Of a stretch of DNA of 43,243 nucleotides, positions 10,601 through 19,659 are shown piece by piece; within the stretch, counting starts at the first letter, position 1; each line of letters opens with the position of its first letter. This DNA is from a virus. The DNA lies in IMG/VR virus record IMGVR_UViG_3300045988_144944; one strand, given 5' to 3'. The translations under genes and the position numbers were made by a program. The notes beneath the pieces were generated by a model. The model was not told the DNA's origin and did no database searches. It worked only from the letters and a program-made list of their open reading frames with translations.

Positions 10601-11311
10601 TAATGTTTTTCCCAAAGCTTTCGCACCGTCACCTATACCGGCTAAAACGCTTTTCGCATCTTCTCCGCCGCTTCCCAATTTCAAAAGACTTTCACCGAAA
10701 GAATTGTTTAACCCTAAAGCATTTTTTAAATTGTCGCCGTATGAAATTATTGCATCAGAAGCTTTTTCATAATTCCCGACATTTAATTGATACTTTCCGG
10801 TAGCCTGCTGCAAGCGGTTCATTTCTTCATATAACGCTCTTGTTTGCTGCTCTAATTCTCGCCCCTCTTTTGTCGCTTCTCTCTCCTCTTTTGTCATGTT
10901 GTTGAGGTATATTTTATTGAGCGAATATTGAGCGGATAATCTGTTATAGCTACCTTCAACCGATTGGTTGATTTTTACCAACAATTGGTTTATTTGATTT
11001 TGCTCTCTGGTTGCTTGCCTTAACTCGGCTAATCTCTGCGCATTCTCGCTTTCCGCAAAAGCTAATTCCCGTTGTGCTTTGGCTAATTTGTCGGCATCAT
11101 CCGCCGCTTTTTTCGTTGCCTGCCTTCCTTGTTCCGTTGCCCCTGACACATTCTCCAAGCTTCCTGCAAGTTTTACAGCTTCACTTCTTATGTTCTTTAA
11201 CGCATTTGTATAAGTGTCTGAAAGCTCATCTAATTGCTTTATCAATTCCGTTATCGAATTGTCCGGGCTTACAAGATCGCTGTATTTTATAGGGTTATTA
11301 TTATTTGCCAT
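7685..11311 (-). CDS. Tail tape measure protein
   Basis: 1208 aa with long Q/E/K/L coiled-coil tracts and central and C-terminal glycine/alanine-rich hydrophobic segments (e.g. FIAIAGIAGVGAGF, GFLGALPAIAVMWASFAA). It is the largest ORF in the tail module. Confidence 0.85.
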   Translation of the reverse strand: MANNNNPIKYSDLVSPDNSITELIKQLDELSDTYTNALKNIRSEAVKLAGSLENVSGATEQGRQATKKAADDADKLAKAQRELAFAESENAQRLAELRQATREQNQINQLLVKINQSVEGSYNRLSAQYSLNKIYLNNMTKEEREATKEGRELEQQTRALYEEMNRLQQATGKYQLNVGNYEKASDAIISYGDNLKNALGLNNSFGESLLKLGSGGEDAKSVLAGIGDGAKALGKTLLGLLSNPVFIAIAGIAGVGAGFKWWYDYNAGLVEATRLTQQFTGKQGDDLKAFRNNVQAVADAFNVDFKETLMASNAVAQQFGISADESLKLIQDGFVSGANANGEFLDTLREYPAYFKEAGISADEFIAIIAETNKQGIFSDKGIDTIKEANIRLREMTTATASALEGIGISSEQVQKDLQNGSKTTFDVMQEVSLKLNELPDSATEVGTAIADIFGSAGEDAGLQYLRTLGNISTNLDEVKEKAGILGQLQEEQLNSQLELENALSGLFDLTGGNFETLTTRAKVFVNDGLTAIIKGVISIINYFIELYNDSLAFRALWQSIVVSFKNGVDTIGNIFGFLIDIVKSFGTTLKGAFTLDFDLIKQGFADYANSYKTLVANQVKDITENVQKGIENANEKIKPITIPVTTSSSGSKDTGNNYQSEEVIITETQTSTDKEIENAYKKNIQIRRKLEDELLKLESDDWKKRETQTKNQYQRQIEDLKHQLLTEKNLTKQNKEDINKTIQALEQQQTQALLKLDNERQLNRLELEKKSLELQLNTISEGSEEELKLRRELIAKEKQIALLQNKQKAPSQRRSEGEITSEFGQREQSVADTYINEQLAIFSKQQELSKSEFELLESTEKQKTLYRLNAEKERLQKVIELNKKYAGSLSEIEIQTIQNTIAKIEKEIENTQKKGGDKKDIYDIFGLDLNDDEKQAITTSVSFAISQLDSYLQKKIEIANAAVEAADKEVDSAQSALDSELQARANGYANNVEMAQRELELAKRNQDKALKEQQRAQKQQEAMQAAQQASSLVTATALIWAQMGFLGALPAIAVMWASFAASKIKAAQLTKAAQQEESYGEGTVELLKGGSHQSGNDIDLGMKPDGTRRRAEGGEFFAVINKRNSRRYGRIIPDIIKSLNSGTFEKKYMNIYDDQNGFSINVNNQTDITELNDNVRKIKEQNKTKMLVDSQGNIILIYKNLKRKIRK

Positions 11312-11406
11312 TCCTTTTATTTTTATGCTTTATTTTCGATATTTCGCATTTTTATTTGTCGTGCGTTAATTTGTATGCCTGAATAGAAATAATTCAACAC
11401 AAGCCT

Positions 11407-12180
11407 TTATTTATACTTTTTTGAACGTCTCATCTTTCTTGCTTCCTCTTTTATATATTCAAAGCTGTTGTAAAATTCCAAAACACTCATTTTTTTAGCA
11501 TTAACATGCAAGTGCTTAGATAGCATTAAACACATGTTTTCGAATTGCTTGTCGTAATTAACCTCAAAATTTCCATTTCCGGAGAATTTATAGGGCGAAA
11601 AGTAAGTTATTAACTGTGTCGTTATATCTTCTATCTCTTTTAATGTATCTTTTTCATCGTCCTTGTTTATTATGTTTTTTAAAATTAAAAGCGTCCTTTT
11701 CCGTAATTTGTCGTAATATTCCTTTATTTCCGAATTTTCAAACAAAGAAGGAAAATACATCATCATTTCTTCATCTATTTTTTTTTTTGAATCTTCCAAA
11801 TGATTCATTATTTCATTATTCGGAACATCTGAAAATTTTTTAACAATTTCTTTTAATGCTTCATCCGACATATCATTACAAATAACACCGTTTATTTTAT
11901 AAACAAGAACGGCAAAAGCCAAATGTTTAGGAGATAGTCCCATTTGAATAAAGTAAACATTCTGCCTTAAATTTTCTATCTCGGTAATAGCTAACTTGTT
12001 ATTATTTGTACCTATATATCGCAATGCTTTTTCTATATGCCTGTCAAAATCGTTAAGATCAGAACCAATACCCGAATCTATAAGTAGCATTTTATTGTAC
12101 TTGTGAAATCTGGTAATAGGCAGCTCCTCTATATTATCATAAATTTCAACAGACATATTTTTTATTTTCACTTTCTTCAT
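11407..12180 (-). CDS. Hypothetical protein; possible tail assembly chaperone by position
   Basis: 257-aa ORF directly upstream of the tape measure gene. No slippery-site frameshift partner was seen. Confidence 0.35.
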   Translation of the reverse strand: MKKVKIKNMSVEIYDNIEELPITRFHKYNKMLLIDSGIGSDLNDFDRHIEKALRYIGTNNNKLAITEIENLRQNVYFIQMGLSPKHLAFAVLVYKINGVICNDMSDEALKEIVKKFSDVPNNEIMNHLEDSKKKIDEEMMMYFPSLFENSEIKEYYDKLRKRTLLILKNIINKDDEKDTLKEIEDITTQLITYFSPYKFSGNGNFEVNYDKQFENMCLMLSKHLHVNAKKMSVLEFYNSFEYIKEEARKMRRSKKYK

Positions 12181-12425
12181 AGCAATTTCCTTGTTATCAT
12201 AGTTGAAAAAAACGGCACTGCCAACACTCGTAAATCAAAGGTAAACACAAATAAAATAATAGCTATGATGCAATTTACCCACCACGACAAACAAAAATTA
12301 CAAAGGCTCATTTTATGAAAAAAATTATTTCCATATACCTGTAACCATTCTATTACTCCCCATTTATAAGATAAATTCAATATAAATGCAGAAATTAAAG
12401 AGCTTAAAATTATATACTCAATCAT
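12177..12425 (-). CDS. Small membrane protein
   Basis: 82 aa with two or three hydrophobic segments and a CNFC motif. It has a 4-nt overlap with the downstream ORF. Confidence 0.5.
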   Translation of the reverse strand: MIEYIILSSLISAFILNLSYKWGVIEWLQVYGNNFFHKMSLCNFCLSWWVNCIIAIILFVFTFDLRVLAVPFFSTMITRKLL

Positions 12426-12438
12426 AACCGAATAATTT

Positions 12439-12654
12439 TTAATAACCCCATAAATTTAATAACTCTTTTACTTTTTCTTCGCCAATATACAAGGGATATT
12501 CTTTCGAATCTCTTGCCTTTGATTTTTTCAAAATATTTTCCACAATTTCGGCATGAATTAAAGTTTTTGATCCGTCTGGGCTTTTTAGCCTATACATTAA
12601 ATCTTTATCAATGTTTACAAGATCAAGCGTTGGTACTTCATACATTCTTATCAT
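12439..12654 (-). CDS. Hypothetical protein
   Basis: 71-aa ORF with a 4-nt overlap with the end of the upstream 738-aa ORF. Confidence 0.5.
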   Translation of the reverse strand: MIRMYEVPTLDLVNIDKDLMYRLKSPDGSKTLIHAEIVENILKKSKARDSKEYPLYIGEEKVKELLNLWGY

Positions 12655-14867
12655 AATAATTTCCCGTTAAATTGTAAACTTGCTTTGTAATTTTGTTCAA
12701 TTTCTTCTTCTGACAACTTCCTGCTATATAATAGATAATCATACAAGGCTTCTTTACATGCGTATCTATTAGGTCGTTCATAATAATTTCCAGCACCAAG
12801 ACACAAGTTATAAACGTATTCGGGATTATCAACTAATCCACCATTACTGCCTATATATATATTTAAAATTCCTTTTTCGGCTGCAAAATCTTTTGTATAT
12901 AATTCATCTCCTAAATTGTTGCCGTTGTAATATCCATAATCATTATATCCAGTAATTTTACCATTACTAATAACTCCTTGTAAACTTCTATCATTTCCAA
13001 CCATGAAAGATACACTTGAATAAGGAGCTATTTTTGTAACCTCTATGTTTTTCAAAACAACATTTACGGAACGAATGTTTACATCTTTCCATGAAACATT
13101 GCTATAATCGTCTATCCCGTCATACTGAACATAACCGTCGCCGAAGCCCGAATCAATTGTATATGTAAAGTTTTTATTTTCTAAATCGTTACCATTACCC
13201 GACATATCTGGCAATATTTCTTTGTTCTCATCATTATTCGTTCTTCCTCTCCCTGTATAATAAGCAAGTAATCCTTCTTTTATGTAATCTAATACTTCGA
13301 GAACAAGACAATTACATGATAATTTTGGAGCTAAAGAATCAGCCGTCATTATCCAAGTTTGATCTTTATATGTCTCAAAATCTTTGTTCAAATCTAATTC
13401 TTTTGTTTCAGGAGTTTCAACGACATAGTAAAAGATTGTGCTTTCATCCTCAATCATAGCCTTTAAATCATCTTCTGTTGGATAATCTTTTATATCATAA
13501 ACTATAAAAAAGCCGTATAAAATGCTATTCGTCCAAACACCATATACATTGTTCCACTTATTGCTCGTTGAATCACCTGTATAATAAAACTTGTTACATA
13601 TAAAATTAGAAATTGACCCATTAGCTCTATTTCCCAAAGGAGAACCATTTACACGAACACTTCTTAAATCTCCGTTACTTTCTCGACTAGAAAAATCTGT
13701 AACCTTAAAACCTCTGCTTATATTTATACGAGTAGTTTTTTCCCATTTATTATCATAGAATTTTACACTATCATAATGCCCGAAAACAGAACAAAGTAGT
13801 CCTGTATTCAATTCTATTTTTTTGTTAATAGCATCTTCTATTACTCCAAAACATAAGTTAATAGGACTTTCTCCCACTGAAATAGGGTTGATAGGATTAA
13901 ATGGAGTTGCTTTACCTTCTTGTATCGTTTTTCCGTGAATCTCAAAAGATTTAATATTATTTCCTTCTATTGTATTCCAAACAACAAATTTTTCTCCTGA
14001 AGCCACTACTTCAACAAGTGCATTTACCAAATTTACAACTATATTTTGCGGGCTTTCAAGGAGTGTAAAAACAAATCTCTTTCCATTTTCAATCACATCT
14101 CCTTCATACACTTTTCCATTTACGGAAATATTTTCAACTCCTTTGCCTTCAACCGGGTAAATATCAAATACCACATTTGAGCCTAAAGGATAACTGTTAC
14201 CTTTTACCGCTTCTTTTCCGTTAATGGTAAAATTATAACTATTTATTCCTTCTTCCTCAAAAATAGGATTAAAAACAATGCCAGAAGGAATAACCATTTC
14301 GCAAGATTCAGAGACTTCTAACATGCCTTCAAATCTAAAACCTCCATAAGGCTGCATTAAGAATTGATTCTCTGTTTCATCCAAAGAAAAGCCCCTGAAA
14401 ATATTTTCGGATAACTCATATATTCGATTAACCGTTATACGTCCTTTTTTAAGCCAAAAGCCCCCATTTAAGACGTCTAATATCTGCTTTTTAAGTTCTT
14501 CCTTGTTTCGTTGATCTGCGCTATTGTATATGCGGTTAAAATTGAACCAAAATATCAGGGAAAAATTTGTTTTTATCCCAACATTTATTTTCGCTTCCCA
14601 AGACACATTTTGGGGATCATCCACCCAAAAAAAACAGAAATTCCCGATATCTGAACTGGGAGAAATTTCCATATATTCATTTCCTCCAACATAAACATTT
14701 GGAGTATATATTTTCCTGTTGTTAGTGTCAAATTTTACCAATCTTTCAGCTCGCCCGAAAACATAATCTAACCAACCTATATTTTCTGCTAATCCTTTTT
14801 GAATATTGGAAATTATGGAATCTAACAATTCCGGGTTATCAATTATTGGAACTTTTACTTTATTCAT
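12651..14867 (-). CDS. Virion structural protein with a C-terminal LamG/concanavalin-like domain
   Basis: 738 aa. The C-terminal segment LPDMSGNGNDLENKNF...YVQYDGIDDYSNVS resembles the Laminin_G_3 signature (SGNGNDg...fDGiDDyv). Confidence 0.5.
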   Translation of the reverse strand: MNKVKVPIIDNPELLDSIISNIQKGLAENIGWLDYVFGRAERLVKFDTNNRKIYTPNVYVGGNEYMEISPSSDIGNFCFFWVDDPQNVSWEAKINVGIKTNFSLIFWFNFNRIYNSADQRNKEELKKQILDVLNGGFWLKKGRITVNRIYELSENIFRGFSLDETENQFLMQPYGGFRFEGMLEVSESCEMVIPSGIVFNPIFEEEGINSYNFTINGKEAVKGNSYPLGSNVVFDIYPVEGKGVENISVNGKVYEGDVIENGKRFVFTLLESPQNIVVNLVNALVEVVASGEKFVVWNTIEGNNIKSFEIHGKTIQEGKATPFNPINPISVGESPINLCFGVIEDAINKKIELNTGLLCSVFGHYDSVKFYDNKWEKTTRINISRGFKVTDFSSRESNGDLRSVRVNGSPLGNRANGSISNFICNKFYYTGDSTSNKWNNVYGVWTNSILYGFFIVYDIKDYPTEDDLKAMIEDESTIFYYVVETPETKELDLNKDFETYKDQTWIMTADSLAPKLSCNCLVLEVLDYIKEGLLAYYTGRGRTNNDENKEILPDMSGNGNDLENKNFTYTIDSGFGDGYVQYDGIDDYSNVSWKDVNIRSVNVVLKNIEVTKIAPYSSVSFMVGNDRSLQGVISNGKITGYNDYGYYNGNNLGDELYTKDFAAEKGILNIYIGSNGGLVDNPEYVYNLCLGAGNYYERPNRYACKEALYDYLLYSRKLSEEEIEQNYKASLQFNGKLL

Positions 14868-15315
14868 ACAATATTTCTTTTGTTTTTTCTAACAAATCTG
14901 GGTATATATATTGCCAAATAAGGGTACTTAAATTCTCATCTGTTAACCCTAAAATTTGACGTCCATACATTTTTATCAAATGTTCCGTTTTAAAGTCAGA
15001 AGCTTTTATTTCAAAGCTTTCTTTCCCAACTTCCAAAAAAAAGCTACTTTCAAAATCCCCTTCATCCCTTAAAGTAACTCTATTTGTAGGTTGCCCCTTT
15101 GCTTTCTTTATCTCTATTGTTATCTCTGAATAAGGTCGGTAGTCCATTATACTAACGCCCAAGTTATTAACTCCTTGTTCGTATAATTGTTCTTCCGCAT
15201 TCATATCGACAATATAAGCCTCATTTTCATAGATAATATTACTTATAATAACACCTTCTGAAAGCTGCCTATTTAGTTTTTCCGCATTATTTCTTAACCT
15301 CTGTATAACGTCCAT
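14860..15315 (-). CDS. Hypothetical structural protein
   Basis: 151-aa ORF tightly packed in the head-tail region. Confidence 0.5.
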   Translation of the reverse strand: MDVIQRLRNNAEKLNRQLSEGVIISNIIYENEAYIVDMNAEEQLYEQGVNNLGVSIMDYRPYSEITIEIKKAKGQPTNRVTLRDEGDFESSFFLEVGKESFEIKASDFKTEHLIKMYGRQILGLTDENLSTLIWQYIYPDLLEKTKEILYE

Positions 15316-15319
15316 TTGA

Positions 15320-16624
15320 CTAAATAGCTAAATATCTCACTCCTTTATTATTGCAAGTAAGGCAAACACGATCTAAGCCTTTAGTATCGATACTTAAAGC
15401 TTCAAATGCTTTTTTCAAGTCATTTCCCAAACCATTAGCTCTAATACCATTCGTATTGCCGTCAAGCTCGTATAAAATGTCTAATCTCGTAACATTTGAT
15501 TGATTCCTGTTTACTCGCACATTCGGGTTCATTGCCAACGTACGCAAAGCAATAAAGGCTACTTGTTTTTGTATAACACTTTGGAAAATTAGACGTTGAG
15601 AAATGATAAAGTCTGTCAAGTCGCAACCTACTGTTATTTCACAATTAAGCCCGTAATTAACGGTATTCGTGTACATTGTTTGCGAAATATCCCACAATTC
15701 AGGATTTTCGGCAAAATCAGAAGGTGCATTATACATAAAAGGCGTTACCTGCATGTATTTCGTCAACTCTCTCCAGACCTCAACAGAGCCGACATTACAC
15801 GTTCCGCAAGGCTCTCTACTCCAATCTTTAGAAACGTTTATCGCTTCCATTCCTTTAGGTAGTTCATCTTGATTATAACATAAATACCAAGAGCCTCCCG
15901 AATTTATTCCGCTACTTATATACGGTAAGTAACAATCAACATCGAACCATTGAAAGCCCCCATTTTTAACAATAAAGTTTAGTTCAAATGTTTTAATTGG
16001 GTCTATTTTTGAACTATGGAAAAGATACAACTTTACTATTCCTGTTGCTCCTGTCATTTGTAAACCAATTTTCCCAATCTTTGTAGTAACACCCATTGAT
16101 CTAACCGGAGTTATTTCAAAGCCTACGAGCTTATGAGTGTTTTGTAACGTTGCTCTTATTCTACCCGCACCGTCAAATAATGTTCTCCTTTCTAATAAAT
16201 CTTTCGTTTCCTTACCCAACTGCTTTATTTGGATAAAATTCAGGATAGCGGTATTTATTCCGCTAATTGTTAGATCATTCAGGTAATCAGAAAAGACATC
16301 GTATTTTTCCCAATACAAAGAACCTTCTTCAGGTATTTGGCCGATATTCCCCTGTAAAGCTTTCCAAAACTTTTTTTCGCCATACAAAACAATATCGCCG
16401 GAATTATATTCTATACCTTCTTCCCATTCGGGATATTTGTAGAAATAATCATCCGGCATTATAGATCGCATATTTTCCAAAGTTACCAAAGGGTGCGCAT
16501 CCTGAAAATATATACCACTTTCGGAAATAGTCAAGCTCTCACTTATTTTTCCTTGTGGGTTTATAGATTGACGCCAACCAACAACGTTTTTAAGTTCTTC
16601 GTTAATCTCGTTTAATCGTATCAT
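15320..16624 (-). CDS. Hypothetical structural protein
   Basis: 434-aa ORF starting 6 nt after the T-tract of the post-capsid terminator. No motif was recognised. Confidence 0.5.
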   Translation of the reverse strand: MIRLNEINEELKNVVGWRQSINPQGKISESLTISESGIYFQDAHPLVTLENMRSIMPDDYFYKYPEWEEGIEYNSGDIVLYGEKKFWKALQGNIGQIPEEGSLYWEKYDVFSDYLNDLTISGINTAILNFIQIKQLGKETKDLLERRTLFDGAGRIRATLQNTHKLVGFEITPVRSMGVTTKIGKIGLQMTGATGIVKLYLFHSSKIDPIKTFELNFIVKNGGFQWFDVDCYLPYISSGINSGGSWYLCYNQDELPKGMEAINVSKDWSREPCGTCNVGSVEVWRELTKYMQVTPFMYNAPSDFAENPELWDISQTMYTNTVNYGLNCEITVGCDLTDFIISQRLIFQSVIQKQVAFIALRTLAMNPNVRVNRNQSNVTRLDILYELDGNTNGIRANGLGNDLKKAFEALSIDTKGLDRVCLTCNNKGVRYLAI

Positions 16625-16630
16625 AACTAT

Positions 16631-16677
16631 AAAATAAAAAAAAAGAAAAGGGGAAAAGGGACAAATCCCAATCCCCC
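16631..16677 (-). terminator. Rho-independent terminator immediately after the major capsid gene
   Basis: Minus strand reads GGGGGATTGGGATTTGTCCCTTTTCCCC, a G/C-rich hairpin with an internal loop, followed by TTTTCTTTTTTTTTATTTT. Confidence 0.7.
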
Positions 16678-16701
16678 TAAACCAACATGTTACATAAATT
16701 A

Positions 16702-17805
16702 TTAAGCTCCGCTCGGAAAACTTGCTGCATTTGTTACATATACGGGCATTCCAAGAGGTTCATTTGCTGCTCTTGAAGCGATTTCGGCTTTTATGATAGG
16801 ATTAGCAACCGTTGCAGCATCACTATTGTATGCTACTAAGAAAGCAACATCAACACTAAAGCCAAAGTATTCTTTAACAGCGCAAGTTAAGTCCTCAGTT
16901 GCTGCACCCATAATTGAAGATTGATCTCCAACGGCTGTATAATAATGTGAGCCAACCGGCAGGTCTATCAACGGCAAACGAACAACATCCCATTCGTGGA
17001 AATTAGCCTTTGTTCCTCGAAGTGCTTCGCGATCAACACGTGTTAAGACTCCAACATTACCGTCTGCAACAGCAAAGAATGTTCCGTTTTTGCTCGATTC
17101 ATTCAACACATTATTTGTATAATGAAGAACTTTATTATCATATTCCATGCGTTTGTTAACATCGTTGTAAACGCCATGTTGAGCAAGCTTTCTAACCAAG
17201 CTATCAACTCCGGCATTACCGATAATGTGAATCATTTCCGGGTAACAGTTAGCACGCATAATAGGGTTAATGTCACCGAGAATTTCAGTTGCCATTTGTG
17301 TCGGAACTTCGATAACATTACCTTGCTTTGTATAATTCAACAAGTCTTTAAATACCTGTGTTTTGTTTGCTTCTAATGCGGCAATAGCTCCCTTATCCAA
17401 AGTATCAGCCAACGCACGAGTTATTTTCTCTAACTTTCTAAAGAAGTCGTGTTCGTACGTAATTTCATTATTCATATATGCTGCAGGAGTCATGGTAAAC
17501 CCAACTGCATAAGTAGCCCATACAATTGTATATAATGCCGAAGTATTTTCATCATCCGGAATTACACAAGAACGAACGTTGTAAACCTGAACATCGCCGT
17601 CATAATTAATAACGGGTATTTGCACTGTGTTACCAATAGACGCAAATGCTCTGTCTCTTAAATTTTGGCTAATAATCGAAGTAGGTGCGTTTGTTTGTTC
17701 AATGAAAAAATCAAGTGCTCCATACTCGCAAGGACGGGTCATATTCCTATCAAATTCAGGATTTTCAACCCGCCAATTTTGAAGTCTCGTTGCTACTAAA
17801 CTCAT
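16702..17805 (-). CDS. Major capsid protein (HK97-fold candidate)
   Basis: 367 aa placed after a coiled-coil scaffold-like ORF. Local GC is markedly higher (28/60 at 17001-17060), and the gene is followed by a strong terminator. Confidence 0.65.
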   Translation of the reverse strand: MSLVATRLQNWRVENPEFDRNMTRPCEYGALDFFIEQTNAPTSIISQNLRDRAFASIGNTVQIPVINYDGDVQVYNVRSCVIPDDENTSALYTIVWATYAVGFTMTPAAYMNNEITYEHDFFRKLEKITRALADTLDKGAIAALEANKTQVFKDLLNYTKQGNVIEVPTQMATEILGDINPIMRANCYPEMIHIIGNAGVDSLVRKLAQHGVYNDVNKRMEYDNKVLHYTNNVLNESSKNGTFFAVADGNVGVLTRVDREALRGTKANFHEWDVVRLPLIDLPVGSHYYTAVGDQSSIMGAATEDLTCAVKEYFGFSVDVAFLVAYNSDAATVANPIIKAEIASRAANEPLGMPVYVTNAASFPSGA

Positions 17806-17862
17806 AATTTTTGTTTTTTAATTGTTAATAAAAACGGGTTTACCCTTTACCCCTGTATTTGT

Positions 17863-18804
17863 TTATTTTTCAGGCAATGAAGCAATGTTATTATCTTTCC
17901 ATGCCTGCGACATTTCATTTTCAAATTTCTCCGAACCAACGGTGAGACCTTTTGCCAACAAAGAGCTTTTAATTGCTTCAAAAGCTTCTACTCGTGTCTT
18001 AACACCTGAAATATCCAACGCAAAAACATGCCCATTGTTATTCGGAGTCTTTGTTCCTGTGCCTGTTTTTGTTCCGGGTTTTTCCAACACGCCAAGAGCT
18101 TCAAGCTCTTTATTATACATATCTGAAACGGTATAAGGGTTTAATTGGTTATTCGGATTTCTTAAAATTTCACCATTTTCTCCCTTGAAAACGATCATTT
18201 CTCCATTATTACCGTCGTCTATGTAATCAGGGTTCATCGCTTTAATTTTATCCGTTACTTGCTGAAAGATAACTTTTTTTACGCTTTCCGGCAATTCAGA
18301 TTTAATTTTAATTCCTGAATAGGCGTTTTGTAAAGTGCTTTCAATTTTCACATTGAACAAGTCTTTTTTGTACTTCTCCCTTTCTTCGTCAAAACGCTTG
18401 TTCAATTCTGTGTACAAATTGGTAACATTTTGTAGATCAGCTTTTGTTTGTTTTAAGACTTTGGATATTTCCGCATCTCCAGCACCTTCTGCAATAGCTT
18501 TTTCAAGTCTCGACTTTTCTTTCGTCAAATCTTCAACTTGTTTTTTTATTGTATTTGTGTCTGAAATTTTCCCTTTTAATTCGGACAACACCCTTTTTAA
18601 ATAATCATAAGTCTTTTCAGTGCCATTTTTTTGTATTCCTGCTGAATCTAAAATATCATTGTCCAAAGCACCGTATATTTCCCCTATACGCTTCGCAATA
18701 ACGCTATTCTCATCATTTTGAGAAAGAGTTGTAATTGCTGCTATTTGTTCTTCTGTTAAGCTTGCTAATGCTGTATTTGCAATTAAAATATCTTTTGTTA
18801 ACAT
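17863..18804 (-). CDS. Scaffolding-like coiled-coil protein
   Basis: 313 aa, K/E/L-rich helical sequence directly upstream of the capsid gene. Confidence 0.45.
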   Translation of the reverse strand: MLTKDILIANTALASLTEEQIAAITTLSQNDENSVIAKRIGEIYGALDNDILDSAGIQKNGTEKTYDYLKRVLSELKGKISDTNTIKKQVEDLTKEKSRLEKAIAEGAGDAEISKVLKQTKADLQNVTNLYTELNKRFDEEREKYKKDLFNVKIESTLQNAYSGIKIKSELPESVKKVIFQQVTDKIKAMNPDYIDDGNNGEMIVFKGENGEILRNPNNQLNPYTVSDMYNKELEALGVLEKPGTKTGTGTKTPNNNGHVFALDISGVKTRVEAFEAIKSSLLAKGLTVGSEKFENEMSQAWKDNNIASLPEK

Positions 18805-18819
18805 AAACTTACCCTTTGT

Positions 18820-19098
18820 TTAATTTAATGCTATTACACTCACTTTTGCCCCACTCACGTTCATTACTGCTATTGAATATTTGGGCGCATTTTCTGTTGT
18901 TGAATCAATCAAATAACCTAATACTTTGCCGTAATTCTGTTTGTTGGCTGCTTCCGTTGAAACTAATACAACATCTGTAATTGTCCCTCCCTTAATGCAA
19001 TTAATGAGTTTTGTTTTTACATCAGCTTCAAGAGCTGCCATTGCTGTTGATACGACAATAACCAAATTGTCCTGTTGAGCTATTTGTGACATAATCAA
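18820..19098 (-). CDS. Hypothetical head-module protein
   Basis: 92-aa ORF between the repeat-bearing ORF and the scaffold-like ORF. Confidence 0.5.
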   Translation of the reverse strand: MIMSQIAQQDNLVIVVSTAMAALEADVKTKLINCIKGGTITDVVLVSTEAANKQNYGKVLGYLIDSTTENAPKYSIAVMNVSGAKVSVIALN

Positions 19099-19116
19099 TT
19101 ATTTTTTTTGTTAAAC

Positions 19117-19659
19117 TTATTTTTTCTCTTTTGCTTTCTCTTTTGCTTCTGTATCAGGCAAAATTCCGGCTGCTTTCTCTTTTGCTTCTGTATCAGGCAA
19201 AATTCCGGCTGCTTTCTCTTTTGCTTCTGTATCAGGCAAAATTCCGGCTGCTTTCTCTTTTGCTTCTGTATCAGGCAAAATTCCGGCTGCTTTCAATTCC
19301 GCTAAAATTTCAGCCTTTAAAGCTTCTTTTTCTGCTGCCTTTTGTTCGGCTATTCTTTTTTCTTTTGCTTCCTTGATTTTAGCTTCATTGTTTTTTAACC
19401 ACTCTGTTGGGTCGTGGAGAATATCCACTGTATAACCTTGCTTTTTCAAGTTATGCAACAAAAAGTTGTCAAATGATTTCTTACCGAAAACCTGTAATCT
19501 TGGTTTACTCATCCTTTCCCCTGTTTCGGCATTAAATTTTTTTACTTCTATCCGGCAATGATACAAATGTTCTTCTCCTTCCGGAACAACGAAATTTTCA
19601 GGCGTAATATCCAAAATTTTCGTCACATTTTTAGTTTTTGTTTTCTCTCGCATAGTCAA
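19117..19659 (-). CDS. Hypothetical protein with a C-terminal 4x13-aa repeat (AAGILPDTEAKEK)
   Basis: 180-aa ORF overlapping the end of the portal gene. It has a globular N-terminal half, a K/E/A-rich helix, and then four identical 13-aa units. Confidence 0.55.
   Translation of the reverse strand: MTMREKTKTKNVTKILDITPENFVVPEGEEHLYHCRIEVKKFNAETGERMSKPRLQVFGKKSFDNFLLHNLKKQGYTVDILHDPTEWLKNNEAKIKEAKEKRIAEQKAAEKEALKAEILAELKAAGILPDTEAKEKAAGILPDTEAKEKAAGILPDTEAKEKAAGILPDTEAKEKAKEKK
19134..19289 (-). repeat. 39-bp tandem repeat x4, perfect
   Basis: The unit ctttctcttttgcttctgtatcaggcaaaattccggctg is read four times head to tail on the plus strand. Confidence 0.9.

Noticed and set aside
12638-12832. 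Nested minus-strand ORFs in alternative frames (12638-12832 and 21505-21750)
   Set aside because: They lie entirely within the longer ORFs 12651-14867 and 21494-22144, and their sequences look non-protein-like.
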